A DNA stretch of 64,000 nt from Candidatus Cloacimonadota bacterium (GTDB lineage Bacteria > Cloacimonadota > Cloacimonadia > G963667145): assembly GCA_963676515.1 (NCBI GenBank), contig OY781061.1:143041-207040 (forward strand), read 5' to 3'. Below, in pieces: positions 26,473-36,343 of the stretch. Made by a program: the position numbers and the translations under genes. Under the pieces are notes generated by a model that saw only the letters and a program-made list of their open reading frames with translations, made no database searches and had not been told where the DNA came from. The number at the start of each line of letters is the position of its first letter. The stretch's first letter is position 1.

Positions 26473-27810
26473 TTACGCAAAATCTTTTTCCACTTGGCGA
26501 ATATAACGATGATACAAAATAAGGGTTACCACAAAAGCCAAAATATCTGAGATAGGAAAAGATATCCAAATCCCGGTAATGCCAAAAATGGGCGATAAAA
26601 TATAAACAAAAGGTATCAAAAAAACAAGTTGCCTCAATGTGTTCAAGATTAACGCTGGACGATACTTACCGATAGACATAAAGCCCATCGAACCTATCAT
26701 CTGAAAGCCCACCAAAGGGTAAGCCAGACTGAGTAAAACCAAAGCTGATTTGCCTGCAGGCAATATTTCCAAATCACTGGTAAAAATCCTGATCACCAAG
26801 GATGGGAAAAAGCACATCGCCACAAATCCCAAAGTGGTAACCACCGTCGCCCAGATGGTCGCTTTGTGGAAAACCTCTTTTACCTTACCAAAAGTGCGAG
26901 AACCGAAATGATAACCAGCTATAGGTTGCATACCTTGTGCCAAACCATAAACTGGCATACAGATGAGCATCGCCATCCTGTGGTAAATACTAAAGATGCT
27001 GATAGCCACTCCACCTCCATAGGTGGACAAACGGTTGTTGAGTACCACTATGAGTATGGAGGAACTGACCTGATTGATAAAAGAAGAAAATCCCAATACC
27101 ACCGTCTGCTTGAATATTCTCCAGTCAAAAATCAATCTCTCGAAATGAACTCTGCTGCCATGGTTGGAAAAGTGAAAAACGACATAGCAACTTGCCACTA
27201 CCTGAGCTATCACTGTGGCTAGAGCTGCTCCAAAAGTACCCATTTTAAAAAGATAAATCATAAAAAAATCTAGCACAATATTTAAGCCACCGCCCAAAAC
27301 CAAAATCCACATAGCCGCATTACTACGACCTTCGGCACGCAAAAGAGAATTGGTGACCAAAGATCCCATAAAAAATACTGTCCCCAAAATCATCACCACC
27401 AAATAGCGTTTGGCATAAAGATACACTAGTCCCTCAGCACCCGACAAGCGAAGGAAAATGGGCAAGCCCAAAATAGAAACCACAGTAATAATCACGCCTG
27501 TAGCCAAAGTCCCAAACACCACGGTACTCAGAGTGGAATAAGCCCTGCTGACTCTGCCCTCTCCCAAAGCTCTGGAAATGATAGATCCTCCGCCCACACC
27601 AAACATCATTGCGACAGACATAATAAACAACTGGAAAGGAAATCCGATAAAAACGCCCGCAATGCCGATAGGACCGATACAATGACCAACAAAAATAGTA
27701 TCCACCAAACTGTAAGTGGCTACCACGCTCATCCCCACTATCGCAGGCAAAGACATATTCAAAAGAGATCTGTTTATGTTTTGGTCTCCCAATACTTCGT
27801 TGTGTATCAT
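26473..27810 (-). CDS. MATE-family efflux transporter
   Basis: 445 aa with 12 TM, showing the duplicated MatE architecture. Confidence 0.85.
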   Translation of the reverse strand: MIHNEVLGDQNINRSLLNMSLPAIVGMSVVATYSLVDTIFVGHCIGPIGIAGVFIGFPFQLFIMSVAMMFGVGGGSIISRALGEGRVSRAYSTLSTVVFGTLATGVIITVVSILGLPIFLRLSGAEGLVYLYAKRYLVVMILGTVFFMGSLVTNSLLRAEGRSNAAMWILVLGGGLNIVLDFFMIYLFKMGTFGAALATVIAQVVASCYVVFHFSNHGSRVHFERLIFDWRIFKQTVVLGFSSFINQVSSSILIVVLNNRLSTYGGGVAISIFSIYHRMAMLICMPVYGLAQGMQPIAGYHFGSRTFGKVKEVFHKATIWATVVTTLGFVAMCFFPSLVIRIFTSDLEILPAGKSALVLLSLAYPLVGFQMIGSMGFMSIGKYRPALILNTLRQLVFLIPFVYILSPIFGITGIWISFPISDILAFVVTLILYHRYIRQVEKDFA

Positions 27811-27811
27811 T

Positions 27812-28672
27812 CTATTTCCTTAGGTTGCTATTTTTCTGATTGCACAAAAATAAAAGATTTTTAAAAATACAGTAAGTAGTAACCCTACCAACTCCACCTG
27901 GCACCACGCTGATGGCACTAGCTACCGACTTACAATCTGCAAAATCGACATCACCCACCACTTGCTCATGTCCATCCACAGTTATCTGATTGATGCCCAC
28001 ATCTATCACCACCACGCCAGGCTTCAGATAGTCAGCCTTTATTTTTTCGGGGCAACCAATAGCCACCACCAAGACATCCGCCTGCTGGGTGTAATCTTTA
28101 GGATTAGGAGTGTTAATATCTATCATCGTAACCTGCACACCACCATGGTAAGCTATCCAATTTAACAAAGGTTTGCCCACTAGCGTGGAGATTCCCATTA
28201 TCACTACTTTTTTTCCAAACTGCAAAAGATTATGCTTTTTGATAAGAGCAAATACCGCCCTAGCTGTACAAGGTACAGGAGCTTCATTTCCAGAGATAAT
28301 TTTCCCTAGATTCTCATCCACCACACCTTCCACATCTTTATCCGCTGGGATTATCTTCAGCAATTCGTCTAAATCTATTCCTTGTGGCAAAGGTCTTTGG
28401 AGCATTATCCCATCTACAGCACTGTCATCTGCTAAAGTTTGCATTTTCTCTTTTAGCTCTTTAGAAGTGACTGACGAGGGAAAACTCTCAATCTGGCAAA
28501 CTATCCCCAGCTGCTTAGCTTTTTGCTGAATATTTTTTACATAAATAAAAGAAGCTGGATTTTCTCCCACAACCACTACCATCAAGGTAGGTTTTTGCAA
28601 GAAATTTCCAACCTCTGCTTTAATCTCAGCTTTTAATTCTTTCAAAAGCGGGACTACTTTTAGTTTGCTCAT
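27812..28672 (-). CDS. folD: Bifunctional methylenetetrahydrofolate dehydrogenase/cyclohydrolase
   Basis: 286 aa. Motifs are VDGIMLQRPLP and VPGGVGRVTT. Confidence 0.9.
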   Translation of the reverse strand: MSKLKVVPLLKELKAEIKAEVGNFLQKPTLMVVVVGENPASFIYVKNIQQKAKQLGIVCQIESFPSSVTSKELKEKMQTLADDSAVDGIMLQRPLPQGIDLDELLKIIPADKDVEGVVDENLGKIISGNEAPVPCTARAVFALIKKHNLLQFGKKVVIMGISTLVGKPLLNWIAYHGGVQVTMIDINTPNPKDYTQQADVLVVAIGCPEKIKADYLKPGVVVIDVGINQITVDGHEQVVGDVDFADCKSVASAISVVPGGVGRVTTYCIFKNLLFLCNQKNSNLRK

Positions 28673-29441
28673 ATCCCCTTTTTATTCTCTCAATCTTAAC
28701 AGTTTTACCTTTTTGTAACTCGACAAACACGGCGTTTATCTCTAGCCCTTCCCACGATGGGTGGTATCTTGCGGGCATACCACTAACATTTTTTCTCACC
28801 ACTATCTCACGCTTCACACCGATGCCCGAGAGGTGTCCACCACTCATTCCCACATCCGTGATATAGCCACAGCCCGACGGCAATATTTGCTCGTCTGCTG
28901 TTTGGATGTGTGTGTGCGTCCCCACTAAGCAGGAGATTTTACCATCAAAGTACAAAGACAACATCCTCTTCTCGCCTGTGGCTTCAGCATGAAAATCGAC
29001 AAAAACATTTTCCACGCCTGCTAAATCTCCTTGCAACATCTCGTCCAAAATTTCGATGGGAAAATTTGCTGGAGGCATAAAAGTTTGCCCAATAAGACAC
29101 ACCACGGCACACTCTTGACCATCTGCAGCTTTAAAGCGATAATATTCACCACCTAAAGCCTGTTTCTGTACATTCACCGGTTTCAATATCTCAGGGCTGT
29201 TGGCAAGAAAATCCAAGCTCTGTCTATTGTCCCAAAGGTGATTGCCCGAAGTGAAAACATCTACGCCTGCTCTTTTCATCTGCAAGATAGATTTTTCACT
29301 AACCCCTCGACCATGATTTAGATTTTCACAATTGGCTATACACAAGTCAATTGCATACTCTTGCCTAAGATTAGCTAAATGCTCTTCTAGTAAATATCGA
29401 CCAGGACCACCATAGATATCGCCAATAAACAAAATCTTCAT
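28626..29441 (-). CDS. ymdB: YmdB-type metallophosphoesterase (TIGR00282 family)
   Basis: 271 aa. Motifs are MKILFIGDIYG, SGNHLWD and VGTHTHIQTAD. It sits immediately downstream of rny, as in Firmicutes. Confidence 0.8.
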   Translation of the reverse strand: MKILFIGDIYGGPGRYLLEEHLANLRQEYAIDLCIANCENLNHGRGVSEKSILQMKRAGVDVFTSGNHLWDNRQSLDFLANSPEILKPVNVQKQALGGEYYRFKAADGQECAVVCLIGQTFMPPANFPIEILDEMLQGDLAGVENVFVDFHAEATGEKRMLSLYFDGKISCLVGTHTHIQTADEQILPSGCGYITDVGMSGGHLSGIGVKREIVVRKNVSGMPARYHPSWEGLEINAVFVELQKGKTVKIERIKRGYEQTKSSPAFERIKS

Positions 29442-30985
29442 TATTTGGCTATACCAGACATCCTGTTTTCTCTGATGACCGTAACTTTTATTTGTCCTGG
29501 ATACTGCATCTCTGCCTCAATCCTACCGACAATATCTTCCACCAAAAAGGCACAATTATCCTCTTTAATTTTCTCGGGATTCACTATCACTCTCAGCTCT
29601 CTTCCGGCTTGCACAGCAAAGACCTGCTTCACACCATCCATAGAGCTTGCGATCTCTTCCAGCTTGTCCAGTCTCTCTACATAAGACTCCAACACCTCGC
29701 GTCTAGCTCCTGGTCTTGCTCCTGATATAGAATCGCCAGCTTGCACTATCGGGCAATAAACATTCGTAGATTCGATCTCTTCATGGTGAGCCTTGATAGC
29801 ATCCACTATCACCTGTTTCTCGCCGTTCTTCTTGGCAAAGTTGCCACCAATGATAGCGTGAGTGCCTTCCACTTCGTAATCTATAGCTTTACCGATATCG
29901 TGTAAAAATCCCGCTCTTCTAGCTAAGCGTTGGTTCAATCCAAGTTCCGAAGCTATCATCCCTGATATCCAGCCCACTTCCATACTGTGCTTGAGCACAT
30001 TCTGTCCATAGCTCGTCCTGTAATGCAGACGCCCAATCAGATTGACAATATTTCTGGGAATTGTGCCCACATTCATCTTCAAACAAGCTTTCTTCCCGTA
30101 ATTCTCTATTCTTTTGTCTATTTCAGCTTTAGATTTTTTCACAACCTCTTCGATTCTAGCTGGATGTATTCTGCCATCTTCGATCAACTTCTTCATAGCG
30201 TGCGAGGCGACCTCTCTCCTGACTGCCGAGAAGCACGAGAGCACAATAGCACCCGGAGTGTCATCCACTATTACATCCACACCAGTCTCTTTTTCAAAAG
30301 TCCTAATGTTTCTCCCTTCCCTACCTATTACCCTGCCTTTCATCTCGTCCGAGGACAAAGTTATCACGCTCACCACGGAGTCGGAAGCGTAATCAACTGC
30401 CAATTTCTGTACACTATCTGCCAAAATTTTAGCAGACTTTTCTTTGGCGTTCTCTTTCACCTCTTGCTCTATATCGTTGATTTTACGAGCTACGCCCTCT
30501 CTTGCTTTTTCCAAAAGATTATTCATCAACACATCAAGTGCCTCATCTTTAGAATAGCCAGCTATTTGAGACAACTTATCAGTTTGCTCAGCTACAAGCT
30601 CATCTACTTTTTCGGTTTTCTCTTCGATGGTTTTTGTCTTCTCTTGCAAGTTGCTTTCTAAACTTTTGATATTTTCTTCTTTCTTATCCAGAGTTTCTAA
30701 GCGAGCATCTAATTTGCTAATTCTTTTGTTGTAAGCATTTTCTTGTCGTCTTAGTTCTTCTTCTCGTGTAGAAAGTTTTCTCAATCGGTGTTTTTCTTTC
30801 TTAGCAATTGAACTTTCTGCTTCTCTCATTTTTTGATTTATCAAGTTGTCAGCTTTTTTTTGTGCGTCTTTGATGGTTTTCTGAGCCTTTTTGTAATTCC
30901 CCGAAAGCCGAACTTTGAGGAAAAAAGACAAAGCAAACACCAAAAGGGTCGCCCCCATAAAAGTATAATTTAATGTATTTAACAT
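29441..30985 (-). CDS. rny: Ribonuclease Y
   Basis: 514 aa. It has an N-terminal TM, a coiled coil, a KH motif (GREGRNIR) and an HD domain (GFLHDIGK). Confidence 0.92.
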   Translation of the reverse strand: MLNTLNYTFMGATLLVFALSFFLKVRLSGNYKKAQKTIKDAQKKADNLINQKMREAESSIAKKEKHRLRKLSTREEELRRQENAYNKRISKLDARLETLDKKEENIKSLESNLQEKTKTIEEKTEKVDELVAEQTDKLSQIAGYSKDEALDVLMNNLLEKAREGVARKINDIEQEVKENAKEKSAKILADSVQKLAVDYASDSVVSVITLSSDEMKGRVIGREGRNIRTFEKETGVDVIVDDTPGAIVLSCFSAVRREVASHAMKKLIEDGRIHPARIEEVVKKSKAEIDKRIENYGKKACLKMNVGTIPRNIVNLIGRLHYRTSYGQNVLKHSMEVGWISGMIASELGLNQRLARRAGFLHDIGKAIDYEVEGTHAIIGGNFAKKNGEKQVIVDAIKAHHEEIESTNVYCPIVQAGDSISGARPGARREVLESYVERLDKLEEIASSMDGVKQVFAVQAGRELRVIVNPEKIKEDNCAFLVEDIVGRIEAEMQYPGQIKVTVIRENRMSGIAK

Positions 30986-31003
30986 TATATCTCCTTAGTA
31001 TAA

Positions 31004-31035
31004 TAAAAAAACCCGTAATACCGTGTAGCACGGCT
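31004..31035 (-). terminator. Hairpin plus U7 tract just upstream of the rny RBS
   Basis: The minus strand reads AAGCCGUG-CUA-CACGG UAUUACGGG UUUUUUU. The U tract is not directly adjacent to the best stem, so terminator strength is unclear. Confidence 0.4.
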
Positions 31036-31170
31036 TATCTTGAACTTAACTTCAAGGTGGGATATTCATCAAGCTACTCCGCAAATCCGAGTACAATCAC
31101 GGCTCAAGCTAAGAGCAGAAGCTTACATCCCTTATTATAACTAGTTCAAATGATATAACTAGCCGTCTAT
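31011..31170 (-). ncRNA. Structured RNA candidate (6S-RNA-like long interrupted hairpin) between zapA and rny
   Basis: Hand fold of the minus strand gives these stems: ACGGCU(31166-31161)/AGCCGU(31035-31030), UUGAACU/AGUUCAA, GGGAU/AUCCC, AAGCU/AGCUU, and CUGCUC/GAGUAG. An 11/12-nt internal bubble separates stems 2 and 3. The region has no ORF. Its position after zapA mirrors the E. coli zapA-ssrS arrangement. Confidence 0.35.
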
Positions 31171-31178
31171 CACTAATA

Positions 31179-31445
31179 TTACAGGCTTTTATCCAATAAA
31201 ATTTCTATTTTGCCAATAGTTTCTTCACTATCTATCTGATCTGACAAAAAATCCAAACACAGCAAGGTCAATATCTTTATCTGCGAGGTCGAATCTCCCA
31301 TTTTCCTTGATTTTTGACCTATCAATCTGTTTAATTTTTTGACACATTCTTCCAACTTGTCTTTACTTTCGGCATTTACTTTGAACTCATAAGGAAGACC
31401 GAAAATATTAACTTGAACTGAAACTTTCTCATCAGGAGTTATCAT
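31179..31445 (-). CDS. zapA: Cell division protein ZapA
   Basis: 88 aa. The N-terminal beta segment VQVNIFGLPYEFKV is followed by a C-terminal helix. It lies downstream of pheT, as in Bacillus. Confidence 0.7.
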   Translation of the reverse strand: MITPDEKVSVQVNIFGLPYEFKVNAESKDKLEECVKKLNRLIGQKSRKMGDSTSQIKILTLLCLDFLSDQIDSEETIGKIEILLDKSL

Positions 31446-31675
31446 AAACTTTTTACAAGGCTTTGCAACTTTTCCATCTTAGTGGCAATTTGCTCTAGTT
31501 TACTTTCTTTGGCTACCAACTTCCCTTTTAACACGAGTATCTCTTCTTCTTCTGTTTGTTTGTCTGACTCCGCTTTGCTAAAATCCAACACACCCTGATC
31601 AAGCTCAGCTTCCAATCTTTTACACTTATCTACCAGCCTGTTTATTTTCTCTTCTATTTTAGATAGTTTACTCAT
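31442..31675 (-). CDS. Small coiled-coil protein (ZapB-like?)
   Basis: 77 aa, predicted entirely heptad-like and helical. It overlaps both pheT and zapA by 4 nt. Confidence 0.45.
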   Translation of the reverse strand: MSKLSKIEEKINRLVDKCKRLEAELDQGVLDFSKAESDKQTEEEEILVLKGKLVAKESKLEQIATKMEKLQSLVKSL

Positions 31676-34050
31676 CTGAGCTTTGCACCAAACTCACTTT
31701 GCATCACTTTTACTATCTTTTCAAACTCTTTTCCTGCCATATCATCGGTCAAGGTTTTTTCACTTGAAAAAAAATCGAGAGCAAAAGTCAAACTTCTCTT
31801 ATCAGCTTCAATTCCTTTGCCTGTATATTTATCATAAAGTTTTATATTTTGCAAAAATTTGGAGCTACTTTTTATTTTTCTTTTTATCTTATCGTAGCTA
31901 TATTCCAGAGGCACGATAATGGATAAATCTCTTTTTACACTAGGATATTTTTGCGGAGCTATGAACTCAAAACCTTTTTGGGTAAGCAAAGAAAGTACCT
32001 TTTCAAAATCAAACACCAAAGCAAAAACCTCTTTTTTTACGCCAAAATTTTTAGCTATTACTCTATCGACTCTGCCCAAAACCGCTACTTGCTTTCCCTT
32101 AATCTTCAACTCTAATTCACAAGTCGAATCGAATAAAACTTGCTCGCCAGAATAAGAGAACTCATAATCTTTCACCCCTAAGACTGCCAAGTAATCTTTC
32201 AGCACACCTTTTAAATCGTAAATATCATAATCTCTGTCTAGCATAGACCAGTGCAACTTCTTCGCTTTGCCACACACCACCAATGCTAGTTGTAAGGGCT
32301 CATGAGCAAATCCGTCATCTTTTGCAAAATATATTTTATTTAGCTCGAAAAGTTTCACCGCTTCTTGACCTTTGTTGAGATTGTATTCCATATTTTTCAG
32401 GAGCTGAGGAATAAGCTCTTTTCGCAAGTAAGCCATATCTGCACCTAACGGATTGGTAAGCTCCACAGCCTGTTTTTCATCCACCATACCCGTTTTTTGC
32501 TCTTCACTCACAAAGCTGGTATTCAATGCTTGATAAAACCCTTGTAAAACCAAAAAATCTTCCGTTTTCCTTTTGATTTCCCTCTTGAATTTATCTCCGA
32601 TGACCTGCTCCCCACTAGAAGACGGCACATTGTTGTACCCGTGCAATCTAATAATCTCCTCTATAAGATCTATCTCGCGATAAATATCTTGTCTAAAATA
32701 AGGAACTCTGAATTTCAATAAATCTTGCTCTTGTGCGACCAACTCCAAATCCAAAGCTGTAAGATAAGAGATGATGCTCTTTTCTGGAATGCTCACATTG
32801 AGCAATCTTTTCACTCTAGATAGGCGAACGCCCACTATTTTTTCTTCTTCCGATTGTGGATTTGAATCCGCATAAACTGTTTGTAACTCACCTTCACTCA
32901 CAGTTGCCATCATCTTGGCAGCTCTAGGAACGACATAATCTAAAGCTTTGGGCGACAACCCTCTTTCGTAACGATAAGAAGCATCGGTGAAAATTTTATG
33001 AAAATGGGAAGTTTTGTGCACACAAGGGTAAGAAAAATTAGCAACCTCCAGCAAAACATTTTTCGTGTCTTCGCTCACTGCGGACGATTTACCGCCAATG
33101 ACACCTGCTATTCCCAAAATTTTCACTGCGTCTGCTACCACCAAATCGGAACTCCGCAACTGATAGGTCTTGCCGTTTAACGCCTCAAGTGTCTCGCCAT
33201 CACGAGCGAAACGCACCTCTACTTTGCCACCTTCTATTTTGTCCAAATCGTAAGCGTGCATAGGCTGACCTTGCTCCAAAAGCAAATAGTTGGTCACTCC
33301 CACCAGATCGTTGACCTTGTTTACTCCGTTGGCATCCAAAGCAGATGCCATCCAGTCGGGCATATCACCACTAACAGACAGATTATTTATTTGAGTAAGG
33401 GTAAAACGAGGACATGCCTCAGAAACATTGTTTATTAGCTTTATCCCACATGGCAAATCCCCAGGCGTAAGACCCAAATCGGCTGTCTTGGGCTGTGTGT
33501 AAGGTTTACCCAAAATAGCTGCGACATCTCTGGCGAGACCCACCATACCTAGCAGATCTGGACGGTTCGGCGTAATTTCCACATCCACCACCACATCACC
33601 ATAGCCAAGTGTAGCCAAGGACGCACCCAATTCGGCATCTTGCTCTAGCTCCATAATGCCACTATGGTCGTTGTCCAGACAGAGCTCTTTCCCACTGCAA
33701 AGCATACCATTTGATTCCACACCACGAAGTTTTGCTTTCTTGATCTTGAAATTCCCTATTACAGCACCCACAGGAGCAAAAGCTGTAAGCATACCTTCTT
33801 TGCAGTTAGGAGCTCCACACACTACCTGATACTCGGCTTTCCCATCGGACACGGTGCAAAGTTTCAAGCGATCAGCGTTCGGATGTGGCTCAGCCTTTAG
33901 CACTTTCGCCACTACGATGTCTTTGATAGCCGTCAAGGAATCTATCACCTCTTCTACCTCTATGCCGGCAAAAGTTATCTTATCCGTAAAATCGTCTATC
34001 GATAGGTCAAACTCCACAAATTGTTTTAACCATTTTAAAGATATTTTCAT
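31672..34050 (-). CDS. pheT: Phenylalanine--tRNA ligase beta subunit
   Basis: 792 aa. It has the N-terminal tRNA-binding domain (VVAKVLKAEPHPNADRLKLC), the B3/4 and B5 domains, and a C-terminal FDX-ACB domain. Confidence 0.92.
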   Translation of the reverse strand: MKISLKWLKQFVEFDLSIDDFTDKITFAGIEVEEVIDSLTAIKDIVVAKVLKAEPHPNADRLKLCTVSDGKAEYQVVCGAPNCKEGMLTAFAPVGAVIGNFKIKKAKLRGVESNGMLCSGKELCLDNDHSGIMELEQDAELGASLATLGYGDVVVDVEITPNRPDLLGMVGLARDVAAILGKPYTQPKTADLGLTPGDLPCGIKLINNVSEACPRFTLTQINNLSVSGDMPDWMASALDANGVNKVNDLVGVTNYLLLEQGQPMHAYDLDKIEGGKVEVRFARDGETLEALNGKTYQLRSSDLVVADAVKILGIAGVIGGKSSAVSEDTKNVLLEVANFSYPCVHKTSHFHKIFTDASYRYERGLSPKALDYVVPRAAKMMATVSEGELQTVYADSNPQSEEEKIVGVRLSRVKRLLNVSIPEKSIISYLTALDLELVAQEQDLLKFRVPYFRQDIYREIDLIEEIIRLHGYNNVPSSSGEQVIGDKFKREIKRKTEDFLVLQGFYQALNTSFVSEEQKTGMVDEKQAVELTNPLGADMAYLRKELIPQLLKNMEYNLNKGQEAVKLFELNKIYFAKDDGFAHEPLQLALVVCGKAKKLHWSMLDRDYDIYDLKGVLKDYLAVLGVKDYEFSYSGEQVLFDSTCELELKIKGKQVAVLGRVDRVIAKNFGVKKEVFALVFDFEKVLSLLTQKGFEFIAPQKYPSVKRDLSIIVPLEYSYDKIKRKIKSSSKFLQNIKLYDKYTGKGIEADKRSLTFALDFFSSEKTLTDDMAGKEFEKIVKVMQSEFGAKLR

Positions 34051-34171
34051 CTATTCTCCTCAACCATGATAATCTTCTCTCAAAATTTATTTTATAAAAA
34101 AGCGGAAATGGGAATCCTGCCGATACTACTAAAAACTTACATTTTCAAAGACAGAACTCAGCTTTTTTTAC

Positions 34172-35179
34172 TTAACTTAATTGTTGCAAAAACTCTATGT
34201 CATTTTCAAAAAGTAGCCGAATATCGGGGATTTTGTATTTGAGCATCGTGATACGATCTATACCCAAACCGAAAGCAAACCCTGTGTATTTTTCGGAATC
34301 GATACCGACATTGTCCAGGACATTGGGATCAACCATACCACATCCACCCATCTCCAACCACCCACTGTTTTTGCAGACAGGGCAACCTTGCCCGCCACAA
34401 GACACGCAAGAGATGTCTATCTCTCCGCTAGGCTCTGTGAAGGGGAAAAAATGAGGACGGAAGCGAGAACGAACAGCGGCACCAAACATCTTGGTGGTGA
34501 ACATCTGCAAAGTGTCCCTAAGGTCTGTAAAAGAGGTATGCTCGGTCACGACCAAAGCCTCCACTTGATGAAACACGGGTGAATGAGAAGCATCGGGGCT
34601 ATCTTTGCGATAACATCTGCCCAGCGAGATAATCTTAATCGGAGGTTGAAAATTTTCCATCACCCTGATTTGCTCAGTCGAGGTTTGAGATCGCAAAAGC
34701 TTGCCACCTTTGGTGTAAAAAGTGTCCGTGATATTTCTGGAAGAATGGTCTGCAGGTGTATTCAAAGCATCGAAATTATGATAATCGTCCTCCACCTCAC
34801 CATACGAAGATATCTCGAAACCCATAGAGATAAAGACATCTTCAATTTGGCGGGAGACGATACTCAGAGGGTGCAATTTCCCTAAAGCTCTACTTCTGGC
34901 AGGCATAGTCAAATCAACATTCTTATCGCCTTGCTTAGAATCCAAAAAATCAACTGCCGATTTTATCTTAGACAAAATCTTGGTTTTGAACACATTCACA
35001 AGTTTCCCAAATTCTGGTCTTTTTTCTTGGGGAAGCTCTTTCATCTTGATCAGTAAAGATGAAATTTCACTTTTTTTCCCCACGAAAGCGGACTTTATGT
35101 TGTTTATCTCGTGACTGGTTTTGGCACTCTCCAACTTTTCTTTCAGCTCAGAGTATATTTGCTCCAACTTCGCCTGCAT
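34172..35179 (-). CDS. pheS: Phenylalanine--tRNA ligase alpha subunit
   Basis: 335 aa. Class II motifs are FFPFTEPSGE and GFAFGLGIDR. Confidence 0.92.
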   Translation of the reverse strand: MQAKLEQIYSELKEKLESAKTSHEINNIKSAFVGKKSEISSLLIKMKELPQEKRPEFGKLVNVFKTKILSKIKSAVDFLDSKQGDKNVDLTMPARSRALGKLHPLSIVSRQIEDVFISMGFEISSYGEVEDDYHNFDALNTPADHSSRNITDTFYTKGGKLLRSQTSTEQIRVMENFQPPIKIISLGRCYRKDSPDASHSPVFHQVEALVVTEHTSFTDLRDTLQMFTTKMFGAAVRSRFRPHFFPFTEPSGEIDISCVSCGGQGCPVCKNSGWLEMGGCGMVDPNVLDNVGIDSEKYTGFAFGLGIDRITMLKYKIPDIRLLFENDIEFLQQLS

Positions 35180-35207
35180 AATTCGATCCTTCCTGTTTAA
35201 TCTTCTT

Positions 35208-35567
35208 TTAGTTAGCTAGGCTGGATTTTACTTGCTCACAAATCTTGTCGAAAGCCTCTTTGTCGTGCATAGCTAGGTAGGCAAGAGTCTTTCTGTTCAA
35301 TTGGATGTTGCTCTTGGCAAGTCCATCTATAAATTTGCTATAGCTCAGCCCATTTACTCTGGCAGCAGCATTTATTCTCACGATCCACAATTTCCTGAAC
35401 TCTCTTTTGCGTACTTTACGGTCACGATAAGCGTACAAGTTACTTTTTTCCACAGCCAATTTGGCAGTACGATAAAGTTTACTTTTTCCTCCAAAATATC
35501 CTTTGGCGGAGTCTAAAACTTTTTTTCTTCTTTTCTTAGCAGCTACATTATTTGTACTTCTTGACAT
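35208..35567 (-). CDS. rplT: 50S ribosomal protein L20
   Basis: 119 aa with a basic N-terminus and a [16 protein letters not shown] block. Confidence 0.92.
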   Translation of the reverse strand: MSRSTNNVAAKKRRKKVLDSAKGYFGGKSKLYRTAKLAVEKSNLYAYRDRKVRKREFRKLWIVRINAAARVNGLSYSKFIDGLAKSNIQLNRKTLAYLAMHDKEAFDKICEQVKSSLAN

Positions 35568-35577
35568 TTTATTCTCC

Positions 35578-35769
35578 TTAGCCCAACATTCTCTTTATTC
35601 TAGGTGCATCTGCTTTACTCACTAGAGTAGCACCTCTCAAATTTCTTTCTCTTTTGGGGCTTTTTTTGGTCATAATATGACCAGCATTAGCTTGATTTCT
35701 TTTCACTTTTCCATTAGCGGTTAACTTAAATCTTTTTACCGCTCCCTTGCGAGTTTTCATTTTCGGCAT
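35578..35769 (-). CDS. rpmI: 50S ribosomal protein L35
   Basis: 63 aa, beginning [15 protein letters not shown]. Confidence 0.9.
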   Translation of the reverse strand: MPKMKTRKGAVKRFKLTANGKVKRNQANAGHIMTKKSPKRERNLRGATLVSKADAPRIKRMLG

Positions 35770-35782
35770 AACAAACTCCTGT

Positions 35783-36343
35783 TTAACTATTCTTTTGTGT
35801 TAATGGCGACATAACCATATAGACCACTCTTCCTTCGTTGGAAGGAGCTTGATCCAGTTTGGCATAATCCACCATGTCTTGTTTAATCTTCTCTAACAAA
35901 TCAAAGCCCAATTGCTTATTCGCCAATTGACGACCTTTGAACCTTACTGTAAATCTTACTTTATCTTTGGATTGGAGGAATCTTATTGCATTTTTTATTT
36001 TAAACTGATAATCGTGTTCATCTGTAAGAGGTCCAAACTTTATCTCTTTTGTTAAAACAATATGCTGTTTTTTCCTAGATTCTCGCAAAGATCTTTCTTT
36101 TTGATAATGATATTTTCCAAAATCCAAAATCTTGCAAACTGGAGGGCTAGCTTTTGGCGATACCTCCACCAAATCCATTCCTGCAGACTTGGCTCTGGTG
36201 ATCCCATCAGATAGAGAGACGACCCCCACTTGCTCACCAACCTCGTCTATGAGCCTTATCTGCTCGACTCTAATTTCTCTGTTTATCCTCTCTTTGGATA
36301 CAGTGGGTTTCAGCTTAGCTTTACCCTTTCTTATTCGAATAAT
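35783..36343 (-). CDS. infC: Translation initiation factor IF-3, non-canonical AUU start
   Basis: The ORF-track version (148 aa) lacks the IF-3 N-domain. The frame stays open upstream and reads [38 protein letters not shown]. Three consecutive ATT codons lie at 36346-36338, 3-9 nt after a GGGAGG SD (36355-36350). I chose 36343 as the start. AUU initiation is the classical infC autoregulatory feature. Confidence 0.85.
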   Translation of the reverse strand: MIRIRKGKAKLKPTVSKERINREIRVEQIRLIDEVGEQVGVVSLSDGITRAKSAGMDLVEVSPKASPPVCKILDFGKYHYQKERSLRESRKKQHIVLTKEIKFGPLTDEHDYQFKIKNAIRFLQSKDKVRFTVRFKGRQLANKQLGFDLLEKIKQDMVDYAKLDQAPSNEGRVVYMVMSPLTQKNS

